Positions 8,601 through 17,524 of a stretch of 34,849 nucleotides of DNA are shown one piece after another. This stretch comes from a virus (taxonomy: Duplodnaviria > Heunggongvirae > Uroviricota > Caudoviricetes): IMG/VR virus record IMGVR_UViG_3300024268_000010; one strand, 5' to 3'. Numbering within the stretch: the first letter of the stretch is position 1; the number at the start of each line of letters is the position of its first letter. Both the position numbers and the translations under genes were made by a program. The notes under the pieces are model-generated. The model worked only from the letters and a program-made list of their open reading frames with translations, was not told the origin of the DNA and searched no databases.

Positions 8601-10247
8601 ATGTATAAATACATAGTACAACATAGAAGGGGCACAGTATCTCAATGGGCAGAACAATCCACACTTATTCCTCTTGAAGGTGAGTTAGTTATTGAAATTG
8701 ACGAAACTAACGGCTTACATAAATTAAAAATAGGCGATGGAATTCACACTTATGCTGAGCTCGCTTATTTGATGGCAGGCGACGAAATTGTCTCTCAGGT
8801 AATTACACAAGTAAAACCGCGCGTTGTTACCGTTACATTATATAAAGATAATTGGGCACTAGATGATGATGGTCTTTTGTACCAAACAATAAAGCCAGAT
8901 GGTATTACACAATATAGTAGATTAGACTTACAGCCGTCAATAGCACAGCTTGCAAAGTTTAAGGAGCTTGGTATTGTATTTATTACAAAAAACATAAAAG
9001 CAACGGATGACATCGAGGTGTACTTAATTGGTAATCCTTTATCAGAATTAGAAGATTATACTATGCAGGCAACTATAATTGAGACTGACACAGAAAAGCA
9101 CGATCATGAAGATTCCATCATTGGCTCTCCAGTAGGAGCTAGTGGTGCAACCGTACAATCCGACTGGAATCAGACAGATGATACACAGCCAGACTATATC
9201 AAAAACAAGCCAAGTTCGTTTGGTGATCAATCAAATAAACATTACGAAGGCACAATTAGTATTGATGGTAATAACGAGGATGAAATTTTTGCATTATATG
9301 ATGAATACGCTTCTGGTGATACATTTATTATTAAAACTCCTATTGCGAACGGCAAATATTCATATACTGCTTATGTGTATGATGAAACATGGAAGGCAAT
9401 GGATGGTAATTATAATGCAGAGAATGTATATTTTGCAGAAGATATTCAAGTTACTACGCAAGTAGGACATATTGAACTCGTTAATGGTTCTGGCAAAATT
9501 CCGTCAGAAGGTAAAAATTTACGCCAAGTTTTTGAGTCAATTTGGACAAAAGAACAAAACCCATCGGTTGTAAATCCATCTGTATCGATTAGCACTTCTA
9601 CACAATATTACGAGATTGGTACTTCTGTTGTGCCATCGTATGCTGTGTCATTTAACGAGGGTTCTTATAGTTATGACACAACAACAGGTGTGCAGGTTAA
9701 TGAATGGGAAGTAATTCATGAGTCAGAAACTTATAATCAATCATCTGGAACATTTGATGAGATTTTTGTAACAGAAGGTGATTGTTTTGAAATGACAGCA
9801 ACTGCGAAATACAGTGACGGGAATATACCAAAAACCAATTTGGGCAATGATTGCGCAGACACGCAAATTAAAGCAGGATCTGCATCTACGACTAAAAATT
9901 TAATTGTTGGTTATAAGCCGAATTTTTATGGATTCAAAAGCACTGCAATTGATATTGATACAATTGATTCAAGTATTATTCGTGGCTTAACAACAAATCA
10001 AAAACAGCAAATTACTCCAGTTTCTTCGGCAACCTCTAATGTTGCTTGGAAACAATTTTTCTATGCGGTTCCAAAGGGCAGAGTGAAATCTTTGAGCGTA
10101 AAAGATAGTAATAATTTACCACTTACAGTAAAGAACAAAGAAGTAACTGTAAATCACGAGAACGGCAGATCAAGCACTTATACATTATTTTATGTTAACA
10201 ATGCTGCGTCATACGGCGCAACGACATTAACATTGACATGGAAATGA
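8601..10247 (+). CDS. Tail fibre with Mtd_N-like N-terminal domain, 548 aa
   Basis: RBS GGGAGGTGA. N-terminus IVQHRRGTVSQW......PLEGELVIEID......KLKIGDG...Y.EL.Y (Mtd_N/hyaluronidase-N-like), linker QSDWNQTDDTQPDYIKNKP, Thr/Ser/Val-rich beta-sandwich C-terminal half. Confidence 0.8.
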   Translation: MYKYIVQHRRGTVSQWAEQSTLIPLEGELVIEIDETNGLHKLKIGDGIHTYAELAYLMAGDEIVSQVITQVKPRVVTVTLYKDNWALDDDGLLYQTIKPDGITQYSRLDLQPSIAQLAKFKELGIVFITKNIKATDDIEVYLIGNPLSELEDYTMQATIIETDTEKHDHEDSIIGSPVGASGATVQSDWNQTDDTQPDYIKNKPSSFGDQSNKHYEGTISIDGNNEDEIFALYDEYASGDTFIIKTPIANGKYSYTAYVYDETWKAMDGNYNAENVYFAEDIQVTTQVGHIELVNGSGKIPSEGKNLRQVFESIWTKEQNPSVVNPSVSISTSTQYYEIGTSVVPSYAVSFNEGSYSYDTTTGVQVNEWEVIHESETYNQSSGTFDEIFVTEGDCFEMTATAKYSDGNIPKTNLGNDCADTQIKAGSASTTKNLIVGYKPNFYGFKSTAIDIDTIDSSIIRGLTTNQKQQITPVSSATSNVAWKQFFYAVPKGRVKSLSVKDSNNLPLTVKNKEVTVNHENGRSSTYTLFYVNNAASYGATTLTLTWK

Positions 10248-10258
10248 GGTGATGGGAT

Positions 10259-10693
10259 ATGGCTGTAAGTAAAGATAAACTTTTTGACGATATTGCCAAT
10301 GGTGCAGTGTGGGATACAGGTGTTGTGTTTAATAGAACTAACGGTATTCCCATTGATAAGTTTTCAGTATTTAAGACAATGAAAGATGCTGAAACATATG
10401 CGTCTTCCAATCCAGTTGCTTATCCAGGTCAATTTGTTGCAGTTGTTGATGATGACGGTTCTGCTGTTGGTTACATTATTCAAGAAGACGGCACATTAAA
10501 AGCAATTGGCGCAGATATAGAGGATGTTGTTAAATACACAGAACAAACCTTGACCGATGAACAAAAAACACAGGCTAGAGAAAATATTGGAGCAAGCGTA
10601 ATTATTCCTTTAACTCAAACTGAATATGAGAATTTACGCAATGATGGCAATATTTCGTTAACAACTTATTACTATATTTATGAGGAGATTTAA
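10259..10693 (+). CDS. Small tail-fibre-associated protein, 144 aa
   Basis: RBS GAGGTGA. FNR..GIPID..SVF.T...A..YA......YPGQ.VAV, QTLTDEQK.QARENIGA and C-terminal LTQ.EYE.L......TYYYI are motifs that recur in phage fibre clusters. Confidence 0.7.
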   Translation: MAVSKDKLFDDIANGAVWDTGVVFNRTNGIPIDKFSVFKTMKDAETYASSNPVAYPGQFVAVVDDDGSAVGYIIQEDGTLKAIGADIEDVVKYTEQTLTDEQKTQARENIGASVIIPLTQTEYENLRNDGNISLTTYYYIYEEI

Positions 10694-10695
10694 TC

Positions 10696-11871
10696 ATGAA
10701 ATTAGTAAAAGGAATACGATATGGGCTAAAGCCTATAAAAAGAATTTATCTTGGTCATGATATTGTTTATGATACTCGTACTTTTGTATTGCAACATGGA
10801 TATGGTGATTTGGAAAGTGATGTAATTGCTTCACTCAAAAAAGAACCAATCACAAATGCAAATATGATATACACCGTTGACATGTATGCTATTTCCGACC
10901 CAGAAATCTATGATGGCGATGGTGTCGGTGCAAATGATAATGACGGAATTCTTTCTGCTTGTGCGGTTGGAACATTTGATGATATTGCATTTGCAGCGAG
11001 CAATAGTAAATTAACAGATATCATCAAAAAAATTATTGCGGATATGTCTGCTGACGCAAAATATGCTGTTGCATTTGGTGGCGATGGATTATTGACAGTT
11101 GGCAATGGACATAGTTCACCAGCAAAAATAGCATATAGTAATAGCATGGATAGTATTGATGTAATTGGTGATGGTCATAGTACAGAATCTGTCAAGGTAT
11201 ATTCCATAGATAACAAGATCTGTTTTGCAATTGCAGAACCAAACGCAACAAGGTTTATAGAAATTGCTGGTTATTGCGGTCGCATTCTTGCTTGTCTTGG
11301 ATATGGTGATAATAAACATGGTGTGAATGCATATTCTATCGACAATAACATTTGCACAACTATTGGTGACGGCAAAAATAGTGACACGGCTAACGCAGAA
11401 GCCAACAGTATATTGAATGCCATCATTCACGCAAATATTGGCAATGACTCGCAGGTATTTATAGATTCCAATGCTAACCTTATGATCAGAACAATATCTG
11501 ACGGCGATTCAGTCGTTCCAAAACACAGCTATGCACATTCTGAACTCAATATTGAATCTACATTAAAAGTGGAAGACGTTGCTCAGTCTGACATCTATGC
11601 TCATGGTGACTTGCATATTAAAGCAGCTCTTGGAGATATAGAGGCAGATCCAGTTGACGTGAATGCTTACGCAAAACTTAAAACAACCGCAAAATTAAAT
11701 CCAGACATTACACAACCATATAAAGTTAATTTGTCTGGTGTTATTAAATCTCATACGAAGGCAAGTAGTATGACATGGCATTACCCAGAACAAGATGGGG
11801 ATGTTCTGTTTATATTCCAAGCGTATGAAGCAACTTATAATGAAGAAACAAAAACATTGGAGATTAAATAA
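10696..11871 (+). CDS. Low-complexity tail-associated protein with about 22-aa periodicity, 391 aa (C-terminus paralogous to 2543..3199)
   Basis: RBS GAGGAG. N-terminal IKRIYLG..IVY motif, repeated IG(D/N)G.S....AYS.DN units, C-terminus WHYPEQDGDVLFIFQA...LEIK. Confidence 0.7.
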   Translation: MKLVKGIRYGLKPIKRIYLGHDIVYDTRTFVLQHGYGDLESDVIASLKKEPITNANMIYTVDMYAISDPEIYDGDGVGANDNDGILSACAVGTFDDIAFAASNSKLTDIIKKIIADMSADAKYAVAFGGDGLLTVGNGHSSPAKIAYSNSMDSIDVIGDGHSTESVKVYSIDNKICFAIAEPNATRFIEIAGYCGRILACLGYGDNKHGVNAYSIDNNICTTIGDGKNSDTANAEANSILNAIIHANIGNDSQVFIDSNANLMIRTISDGDSVVPKHSYAHSELNIESTLKVEDVAQSDIYAHGDLHIKAALGDIEADPVDVNAYAKLKTTAKLNPDITQPYKVNLSGVIKSHTKASSMTWHYPEQDGDVLFIFQAYEATYNEETKTLEIK

Positions 11872-11893
11872 ATTAAAAAGAGGTGTAATAATT

Positions 11894-12427
11894 ATGATTA
11901 CAACAAATTTAGCGAATGCGCTTTTAAAATATCTATTTGGTCAAACAAAAACAGTTGATTATACAGATTATACATCTAGCACAGATTATGCAAAATGTTA
12001 TATTGGTTTGTCTACAACGACACCTAAGGCAGACGGTTCCAACTTTACTGAACCAAATCCTGATTCCACTGGATATAGCAGACAACAAATCTGTATCGGT
12101 AAAAGTGCAGACACAATTACGTGGACAAATTTCATGACTATTCCAGGTGAGACTACTGATAAGGCAGGGAAGATCATCAATGGAATCATTTCAAACACAA
12201 AAGAAATTACTTTTAATGAATCAAAGAGTGAGTCTCCATATACAGTAACTTATTTTGGTATTTTCCATGAAGAAGCAGCAAATACTGGAACACCGTTGTA
12301 TTTTCATCCACTAACTAAGGAAAATGAGACTACACATGTACACGAGCCACATTCTGTAACAGTTGATCCAGGAGACGTTTTACTATTTAAAAAAGACGCA
12401 CTTTCATTGGATTTCACTCAGGATTAA
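11894..12427 (+). CDS. Small tail-fibre base/adaptor-like structural protein, 177 aa (paralog of 8107..8538)
   Basis: Start reassigned to ATG 11894 (RBS AAGAGGTG), because the track start at 11795 overlaps the upstream gene. Aligns with 8107..8538: TT..AN..L.Y.FG, YI.LST..P.ADG..F.E, I.N.K.I, FGI, VTV....V.LF....L...F. Confidence 0.75.
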   Translation: MITTNLANALLKYLFGQTKTVDYTDYTSSTDYAKCYIGLSTTTPKADGSNFTEPNPDSTGYSRQQICIGKSADTITWTNFMTIPGETTDKAGKIINGIISNTKEITFNESKSESPYTVTYFGIFHEEAANTGTPLYFHPLTKENETTHVHEPHSVTVDPGDVLLFKKDALSLDFTQD

Positions 12428-12438
12428 GGTGATTCATT

Positions 12439-12564
12439 ATGGTAAAATATAAAGAAATATATGGAGTTGCAAAAGAAAAAATGTCTGATGTTAAAACGGC
12501 ATTAAATTTGGCAACACATGTTAATGTTGGTGCATGTGCGCAAATTAAAACAGCAAACAAATAA
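12439..12564 (+). CDS. Small hypothetical protein, 41 aa (below the ORF-track cut-off)
   Basis: MVKYKEIYGVAKEKMSDVKTALNLATHVNVGACAQIKTANK. RBS AAGGTGA at proper spacing. Fills the gap between 12427 and the RBS of 12581. Confidence 0.6.
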   Translation: MVKYKEIYGVAKEKMSDVKTALNLATHVNVGACAQIKTANK

Positions 12565-12580
12565 TAAAAGGAGTGGTAAT

Positions 12581-12979
12581 ATGATTCGAGGCACAAATAC
12601 ATTATTTAATTTTATATTGCCCTGCCCCGTGTCTAGCGTAGTTTGTGCCGAGATAACATTTTGGCAAGATGGATACGTTGGACCAGCTGCCAATCGTAAA
12701 CTACCAATTGTAAAAGTACTTGGGCAATGCGATCTTACCGAGAATCCCAATGAATTGTCCATTCTGCTCAATCAAGAGGAAACTCTTCGGTTTACAGAAG
12801 ACCGCAAGGGATATGCTCAGATTAGAGCCATTACCGACAAAGGGGCAGCATATGCTAGTAAAAAAAGAGAATTTCCAGTATATCCAGTAAAAAATGACCA
12901 TATTATTGACGATGATGATATTATTCCTACCCCAGACTTTAACGGTATAATAATTCTTAATGGTGGTATAATCCAGTGA
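12581..12979 (+). CDS. Tail/baseplate-associated beta-sandwich protein (BppU-N-like fold suspected), 132 aa
   Basis: Start reassigned to ATG 12581 (RBS AAGGAGTGG). MIRGT...F.F.LP...EITF.Q...L.QEETL.F...YAQIRA.T..G.A.AS pattern is common in Firmicutes phage tail modules. Confidence 0.6.
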   Translation: MIRGTNTLFNFILPCPVSSVVCAEITFWQDGYVGPAANRKLPIVKVLGQCDLTENPNELSILLNQEETLRFTEDRKGYAQIRAITDKGAAYASKKREFPVYPVKNDHIIDDDDIIPTPDFNGIIILNGGIIQ

Positions 12980-12992
12980 GGTGGTGATTGAT

Positions 12993-15900
12993 ATGCAAAA
13001 CAATGTTAAAAACATTGAAGAAGTTATTGTTGAATTTACAGAACAAATACAACTGGATTCTTATGATTTTAAACTTGGAAGTGATATGATTGCAGAAGAT
13101 GGGGCTATACCGCATAGTTCACTGTTTGGCAATGACTTTCAAGATCAGCATCCAATTGACGCCATAACAGGACTTAAAGATAAACTTGACGAAATTGAAT
13201 CACTAAAAACGGTATATTCAGACAAGAGATATTGTGCCAACTATTACGAATGGGAAGATGGAAATAGTGAAGCAGAAAACAGATTTGGACTTTTTGTTTC
13301 GTTGAATGGAGATAAAATTTCAATTTGTTCAGGAAATGATATATTTGGTATTATTGTTGATTCTGCTGCTTTTGTTGGTGGTCAAGCTAACGATAAAAGG
13401 GATAGCAAATATGGACTTGTTGCAACAACTGGTGCTGCTTTAATTAGATGTGAGCTTGAAGTTGTATCAGATGAAAATACAGGTTCTGACATATATGTAA
13501 TTTCTAATTCATATGGTGTTGCAAAAAGAGTAGATTGTGGCTATGGATATAAAGTTATATCATTCCATTATATTGATAATGAGCCATATGCGTTGATTAA
13601 CTTAACCACTGCAGGAGATAAGATATATTCAATCGGTTCTACATTGCAAGGATTAAATACTCGTATGGAGAATGCCGAATTTAATATCACTTCTGCTGTA
13701 AATGTTGCTAATGAGGCGTATAAAAGAACGGCAGATGTTATTGTTATATCTGGGAAAGTAGACAATGTTGTTGATACTGTCGATAAAGTGGTAACCGATG
13801 TTGAAAATTTAGGTACAAAAGTGTCAAATGCTGAATCTCTTAGCGCGCGAGCAGAAGCACTTGCAACTAGTGCGGCAAATTCTGCCATAAGTATGAAAAA
13901 TGATGCAGTAAAAGTTGCAAATGAGGCAGTGTCTGGTGTTAGTACATTAAGAAATGATTTTACAACTATGGCAAAGCAGATTAACGATGCAAATAATAAG
14001 GTGTCTATAGTCACTCAAAGAATCAATGGATATTATGAAATAGTTGATACAATAACAAATATAAACAAACAGAAAAATATTGTGTACTACGCACAAGATA
14101 CAAAAGAATATTATTACTATGATTATGATGTTGGCGATTGGCGACAAACAACAAATCCTCGTGACGCAGGTATAACTGTTGCGGTTGCTGGTATTCAAGT
14201 GGAAACAGATGAAAATAGTTCAAAAATAAACGATCTTGTTTTATGGGAAGACGAATCAAGATCTTCAATTGCTCGAATTGAGCGCAAGGCTGACGCAAAC
14301 GGAGCATACATTCAAAGCACGGTCGCAAATATTAATAAATATGTTGTAGGAGAATATTCTCAAGCATATGGATTCACAATCGAGCAATCCAAAAATACGT
14401 TCGAAAACGGTATAATTTATGTACCAACAAAAACAAAAGTTGGCAACGAAGCAGAAGTATACGAACAGGCTAGCGGAGATTCTATCAAACAAGAATTTAG
14501 CAGAGAATTCTATTATGAATGGAATGAAGATAAATGGGTTGAATCTGGACGAGTAGCATTTTCAAACCAATATTTTATAGGCAGTACTGAATCTATTTAT
14601 TGGTATGTTGATACCATTGATGATGTAATATATAATGGCGTAACATACAAGTCGTACACTTTATATAAATGGGAGCCATATAGTGATACCAATGGTAAAA
14701 CGCAATATCAATGGATTGCTGTTGCAACTCCTGATAGTAGTGTACAGAGTCGAGCAATTAGTAATATTAGACAAGATTCTAATAAGATTGAAACGAGTGT
14801 GGTTTCATTAGAGGGTAGTTATGCTGGTCTCCAAGAGGAGATAACAGACACAAAGGCTATTGTTGACCAACTTTCTTTATGGAAAGATGGCGAAACTGAA
14901 AAAATGGCATCCGTTAGAACAGAAACCAGTGAAGACGGAGGTGCATCTGTTATTATCTCTGCGTTAGAATCATATGATGGCGAGATTAAAGAAATGGCGA
15001 GTTTAACACTTAATGTTGTTAAGAAAGATATAGGCGGAGAACCTACATCATCTCTTGTTATTGATGCAGATAATGTTAATCTTGATTCCTATGTTACAAT
15101 AACCGATTTAAAAACTGGTGGCAAAACAGAGATTGACGGTAATAATATTACTACTGGACTTATAAAAAGTTCGAGCTACATGCATTCTTCTGGGGTTTAC
15201 TCAGATAGTGGCACTGCGATTGATTTAAATACTGGGTATATTCGTAGTAAAAACTTTGCAATTGATGATAATGGTGATGCATACTTTACAGGCAAGGTTG
15301 TTGCAAATGAAGGCGAGTTTAATGGAACTGTAAATGCGACGAATGGAAATTTTACAAATGGTATTTTTAATAATTGTGAAATAAACAATAATTGTATTAT
15401 TAGAGGAACATTAGATGGTGCAACTGGTAATTTTACTGGTAAGGTTGTTGCAAATGAAGGTGACATTGGTGGTTGGAGCATAACCGAAGAAGGTATTGTT
15501 AATACAAACACTGGCATAACTCGTCTTGTTTCATCAAATGCAAACAAATATCTTTATAAGTCGCTTGTAACAGAAGGTAGAGATATGCCTGCTAGATTTT
15601 GTGTTGGGTTTGGAACCAGTGAAACAGCAACAGAGAGCATAAAAGGAATTATGGCATATTACAATCAAGAATCTATGTTATATGAAGCATTATATGATGT
15701 TCAACGTGTTGTTAGCAATGTTTCTGTCGTTGCCATAAAAGATCGTGATGATAATGAAGTGTCAATGGAGCAAATTGAAAATATGCAAATTACATATTCA
15801 AACAATAATACTACATTCGCTATATCATTTACAACAGATGGATATGCCACCATTAGTGATGAATATGATGGTAATTTTTACACTGTATATGTTAGTTATG

Positions 15901-16751
15901 ATTATAAATTGAGCACTCCTCAGTTTTGTGTATTAGCAGATGGTTCGTTGTATACGTCGGCATGTAGAATGCGAGGAGCGAACAGCACAATCGATATATC
16001 TAGTAATGGTTTGCAAATAACATCTGATATCATGAACGGCTCTCAGTGCGAAATTAGTGCGGCAGGTTTGTATACATATACGAGTGATAGCAATAGTACC
16101 ACTATGCCAACTAGAATGGTTTTTGGTGCCCTTCAAAATGAAATTGGAGCAAGTGTTTTGTCATCGTCAGTAATTGGTTTGTTTATTGGTAGTAATGGGA
16201 ATTTGATATTGCGTGGGCCAACAGGAGTAGGATTATTGTCAAATTCGTCAATAACAATCGACGCAAAAACTATCTGTAAAATAACGGCAGACAATAAAAT
16301 TATGTTAAATGATGAACTCCATGCAAATACTGTAAATGAAATGTATGGTACATGGGAATTAAACGGTGCAGAAATGGTTGCTTCTGATAGAAATCTAAAG
16401 CATGATATTTGTTTATTAGATGATAGATATAATGATTTATTTGACCAATTGCAACCTATTAAATTTAAGTATAACGACGGTGCGTCAAATCGTTATCATA
16501 CTGGTTTTGTAGCCCAAGATGTTTGTTATGCAATCGAACAATCTGGTTTGGACACTAACGAGTTAGCGGCATATGTTAAATCAACAGAAGTTAATGAAGA
16601 TGGCACAAGAAAAGAAAAATGTGGTCTACGTTATGATGAATTTGTTGCCTTAAATACATGGCAAATCCAAAAGGTGAAAACACGCATTTCGGCACTTGAA
16701 GATCGTATCAAGTTACTTGAAGAATATATATTAAAATTAGAAAAGAATTAA
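12993..16751 (+). CDS. Large tail fibre/tip protein with N-terminal peptidase-G2-like domain and C-terminal S74 intramolecular chaperone, 1,252 aa
   Basis: ATG 12993 behind RBS GAGGTGGTG. G2-like YEWEDGN...ENR.G.FV.L.G.KI at about aa 85-130; coiled coil at about 13660-14010; beta-repeat stalk (FTGKVVANEG twice); S74 signature SDRNLKHDI...LQPI.FKY...HTGFVAQDV...GLRYDEFVAL...Q plus terminal coiled coil from 16383. Confidence 0.85.
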   Translation: MQNNVKNIEEVIVEFTEQIQLDSYDFKLGSDMIAEDGAIPHSSLFGNDFQDQHPIDAITGLKDKLDEIESLKTVYSDKRYCANYYEWEDGNSEAENRFGLFVSLNGDKISICSGNDIFGIIVDSAAFVGGQANDKRDSKYGLVATTGAALIRCELEVVSDENTGSDIYVISNSYGVAKRVDCGYGYKVISFHYIDNEPYALINLTTAGDKIYSIGSTLQGLNTRMENAEFNITSAVNVANEAYKRTADVIVISGKVDNVVDTVDKVVTDVENLGTKVSNAESLSARAEALATSAANSAISMKNDAVKVANEAVSGVSTLRNDFTTMAKQINDANNKVSIVTQRINGYYEIVDTITNINKQKNIVYYAQDTKEYYYYDYDVGDWRQTTNPRDAGITVAVAGIQVETDENSSKINDLVLWEDESRSSIARIERKADANGAYIQSTVANINKYVVGEYSQAYGFTIEQSKNTFENGIIYVPTKTKVGNEAEVYEQASGDSIKQEFSREFYYEWNEDKWVESGRVAFSNQYFIGSTESIYWYVDTIDDVIYNGVTYKSYTLYKWEPYSDTNGKTQYQWIAVATPDSSVQSRAISNIRQDSNKIETSVVSLEGSYAGLQEEITDTKAIVDQLSLWKDGETEKMASVRTETSEDGGASVIISALESYDGEIKEMASLTLNVVKKDIGGEPTSSLVIDADNVNLDSYVTITDLKTGGKTEIDGNNITTGLIKSSSYMHSSGVYSDSGTAIDLNTGYIRSKNFAIDDNGDAYFTGKVVANEGEFNGTVNATNGNFTNGIFNNCEINNNCIIRGTLDGATGNFTGKVVANEGDIGGWSITEEGIVNTNTGITRLVSSNANKYLYKSLVTEGRDMPARFCVGFGTSETATESIKGIMAYYNQESMLYEALYDVQRVVSNVSVVAIKDRDDNEVSMEQIENMQITYSNNNTTFAISFTTDGYATISDEYDGNFYTVYVSYDYKLSTPQFCVLADGSLYTSACRMRGANSTIDISSNGLQITSDIMNGSQCEISAAGLYTYTSDSNSTTMPTRMVFGALQNEIGASVLSSSVIGLFIGSNGNLILRGPTGVGLLSNSSITIDAKTICKITADNKIMLNDELHANTVNEMYGTWELNGAEMVASDRNLKHDICLLDDRYNDLFDQLQPIKFKYNDGASNRYHTGFVAQDVCYAIEQSGLDTNELAAYVKSTEVNEDGTRKEKCGLRYDEFVALNTWQIQKVKTRISALEDRIKLLEEYILKLEKN
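15285..15460. repeat. Two 29-bp direct repeats (15285-15313, 15432-15460) encoding FTGKVVANEG
   Basis: tttacaggcaaggttgttgcaaatgaagg vs tttactggtaaggttgttgcaaatgaagg: 2 synonymous mismatches, 147 nt apart, in frame. Confidence 0.8.
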
Positions 16752-16766
16752 AAAGAGGGAAATTAT

Positions 16767-16985
16767 ATGGAAAACAAACCTTTTATTATTGAAATTGAAG
16801 AAGCAAAAACAGAATTGGTGCAATGTATCAACCATATTATTAATGATAGAGGCATTCCTTGCTATTTTGTTGAGTCTATGCTTGAAGGCATTTTTCATCA
16901 AGTAAAAGCTGGGGCAAAGAATGAACTTGAGAGAGCAAAGAAGCAAATAAAAACAGAAAACCCAAAAACTAAAGAGGGTGATTAA
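16767..16985 (+). CDS. Small helical hypothetical protein, 72 aa
   Basis: RBS AAGAGGGA, coupled to the RuvC-like gene. No family recognised. Confidence 0.7.
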   Translation: MENKPFIIEIEEAKTELVQCINHIINDRGIPCYFVESMLEGIFHQVKAGAKNELERAKKQIKTENPKTKEGD

Positions 16986-16987
16986 GA

Positions 16988-17491
16988 ATGAGAATTGCAG
17001 GTATTGACGCTTCAACAAATAAAACCGGCATTTCGATCTTTACAGATGGTCTATATGAAACTCATACATTGATTGATTTACATAAAATAAAAAATTCTAA
17101 CGAGAGAATTCCTCAAATGATGTTGGCTATTTGTGATTATCTTGGTCAACATCATTTGGATAAAATTATTATGGAAGAGTCAGTGATGACTAATAATATT
17201 TCAACGGTGAAAATGCTTTCAAATCTTGCTGGTGCAATTATGTATTATGCTACAGTTAATGGTATTGAGTTTGAGTTGGTTCTGCCAACGGCATGGCGTA
17301 AACGCATTGGACTTTCTCAGTCGAGCAAAATTAAGAGAGATGTTTTAAAGGCAGAGGCGATTTTGGCAGTTAAGCAAGAATATGGTATGTGTGTGACAGA
17401 TGACGAAGCAGAAAGTCTGCTTATCTGTAGAAGTGGCTTTGATTTGCCACAAATTATCATTTCTGAAGATGATCTTTGGGATGACATTTGA
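16988..17491 (+). CDS. ruvC: RuvC-like Holliday junction resolvase, 167 aa
   Basis: RNase H-fold RuvC motifs: IAGIDASTNKTGISI (Asp7), IIMEE, ELV.PT.WRK.IG, C-terminal TDDEAESLLI with acidic residues. RBS GAGGGTG. Confidence 0.8.
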   Translation: MRIAGIDASTNKTGISIFTDGLYETHTLIDLHKIKNSNERIPQMMLAICDYLGQHHLDKIIMEESVMTNNISTVKMLSNLAGAIMYYATVNGIEFELVLPTAWRKRIGLSQSSKIKRDVLKAEAILAVKQEYGMCVTDDEAESLLICRSGFDLPQIIISEDDLWDDI

Positions 17492-17524
17492 ACAATACAA
17501 AATGATTAAAAGGAGACAATTATT

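Noticed and set aside
11795-12992. Track starts at 11795, 12518 and 12981
   Set aside because: They overlap upstream genes or lack an RBS. Downstream ATGs at 11894, 12581 and 12993 have well-spaced RBSs and family-typical N-termini.
15285-15460. 29-bp direct repeat as a mobile-element or recombination site
   Set aside because: Explained by ordinary beta-repeat duplication in the fibre stalk (FTGKVVANEG twice). No recombinase or element boundaries nearby.
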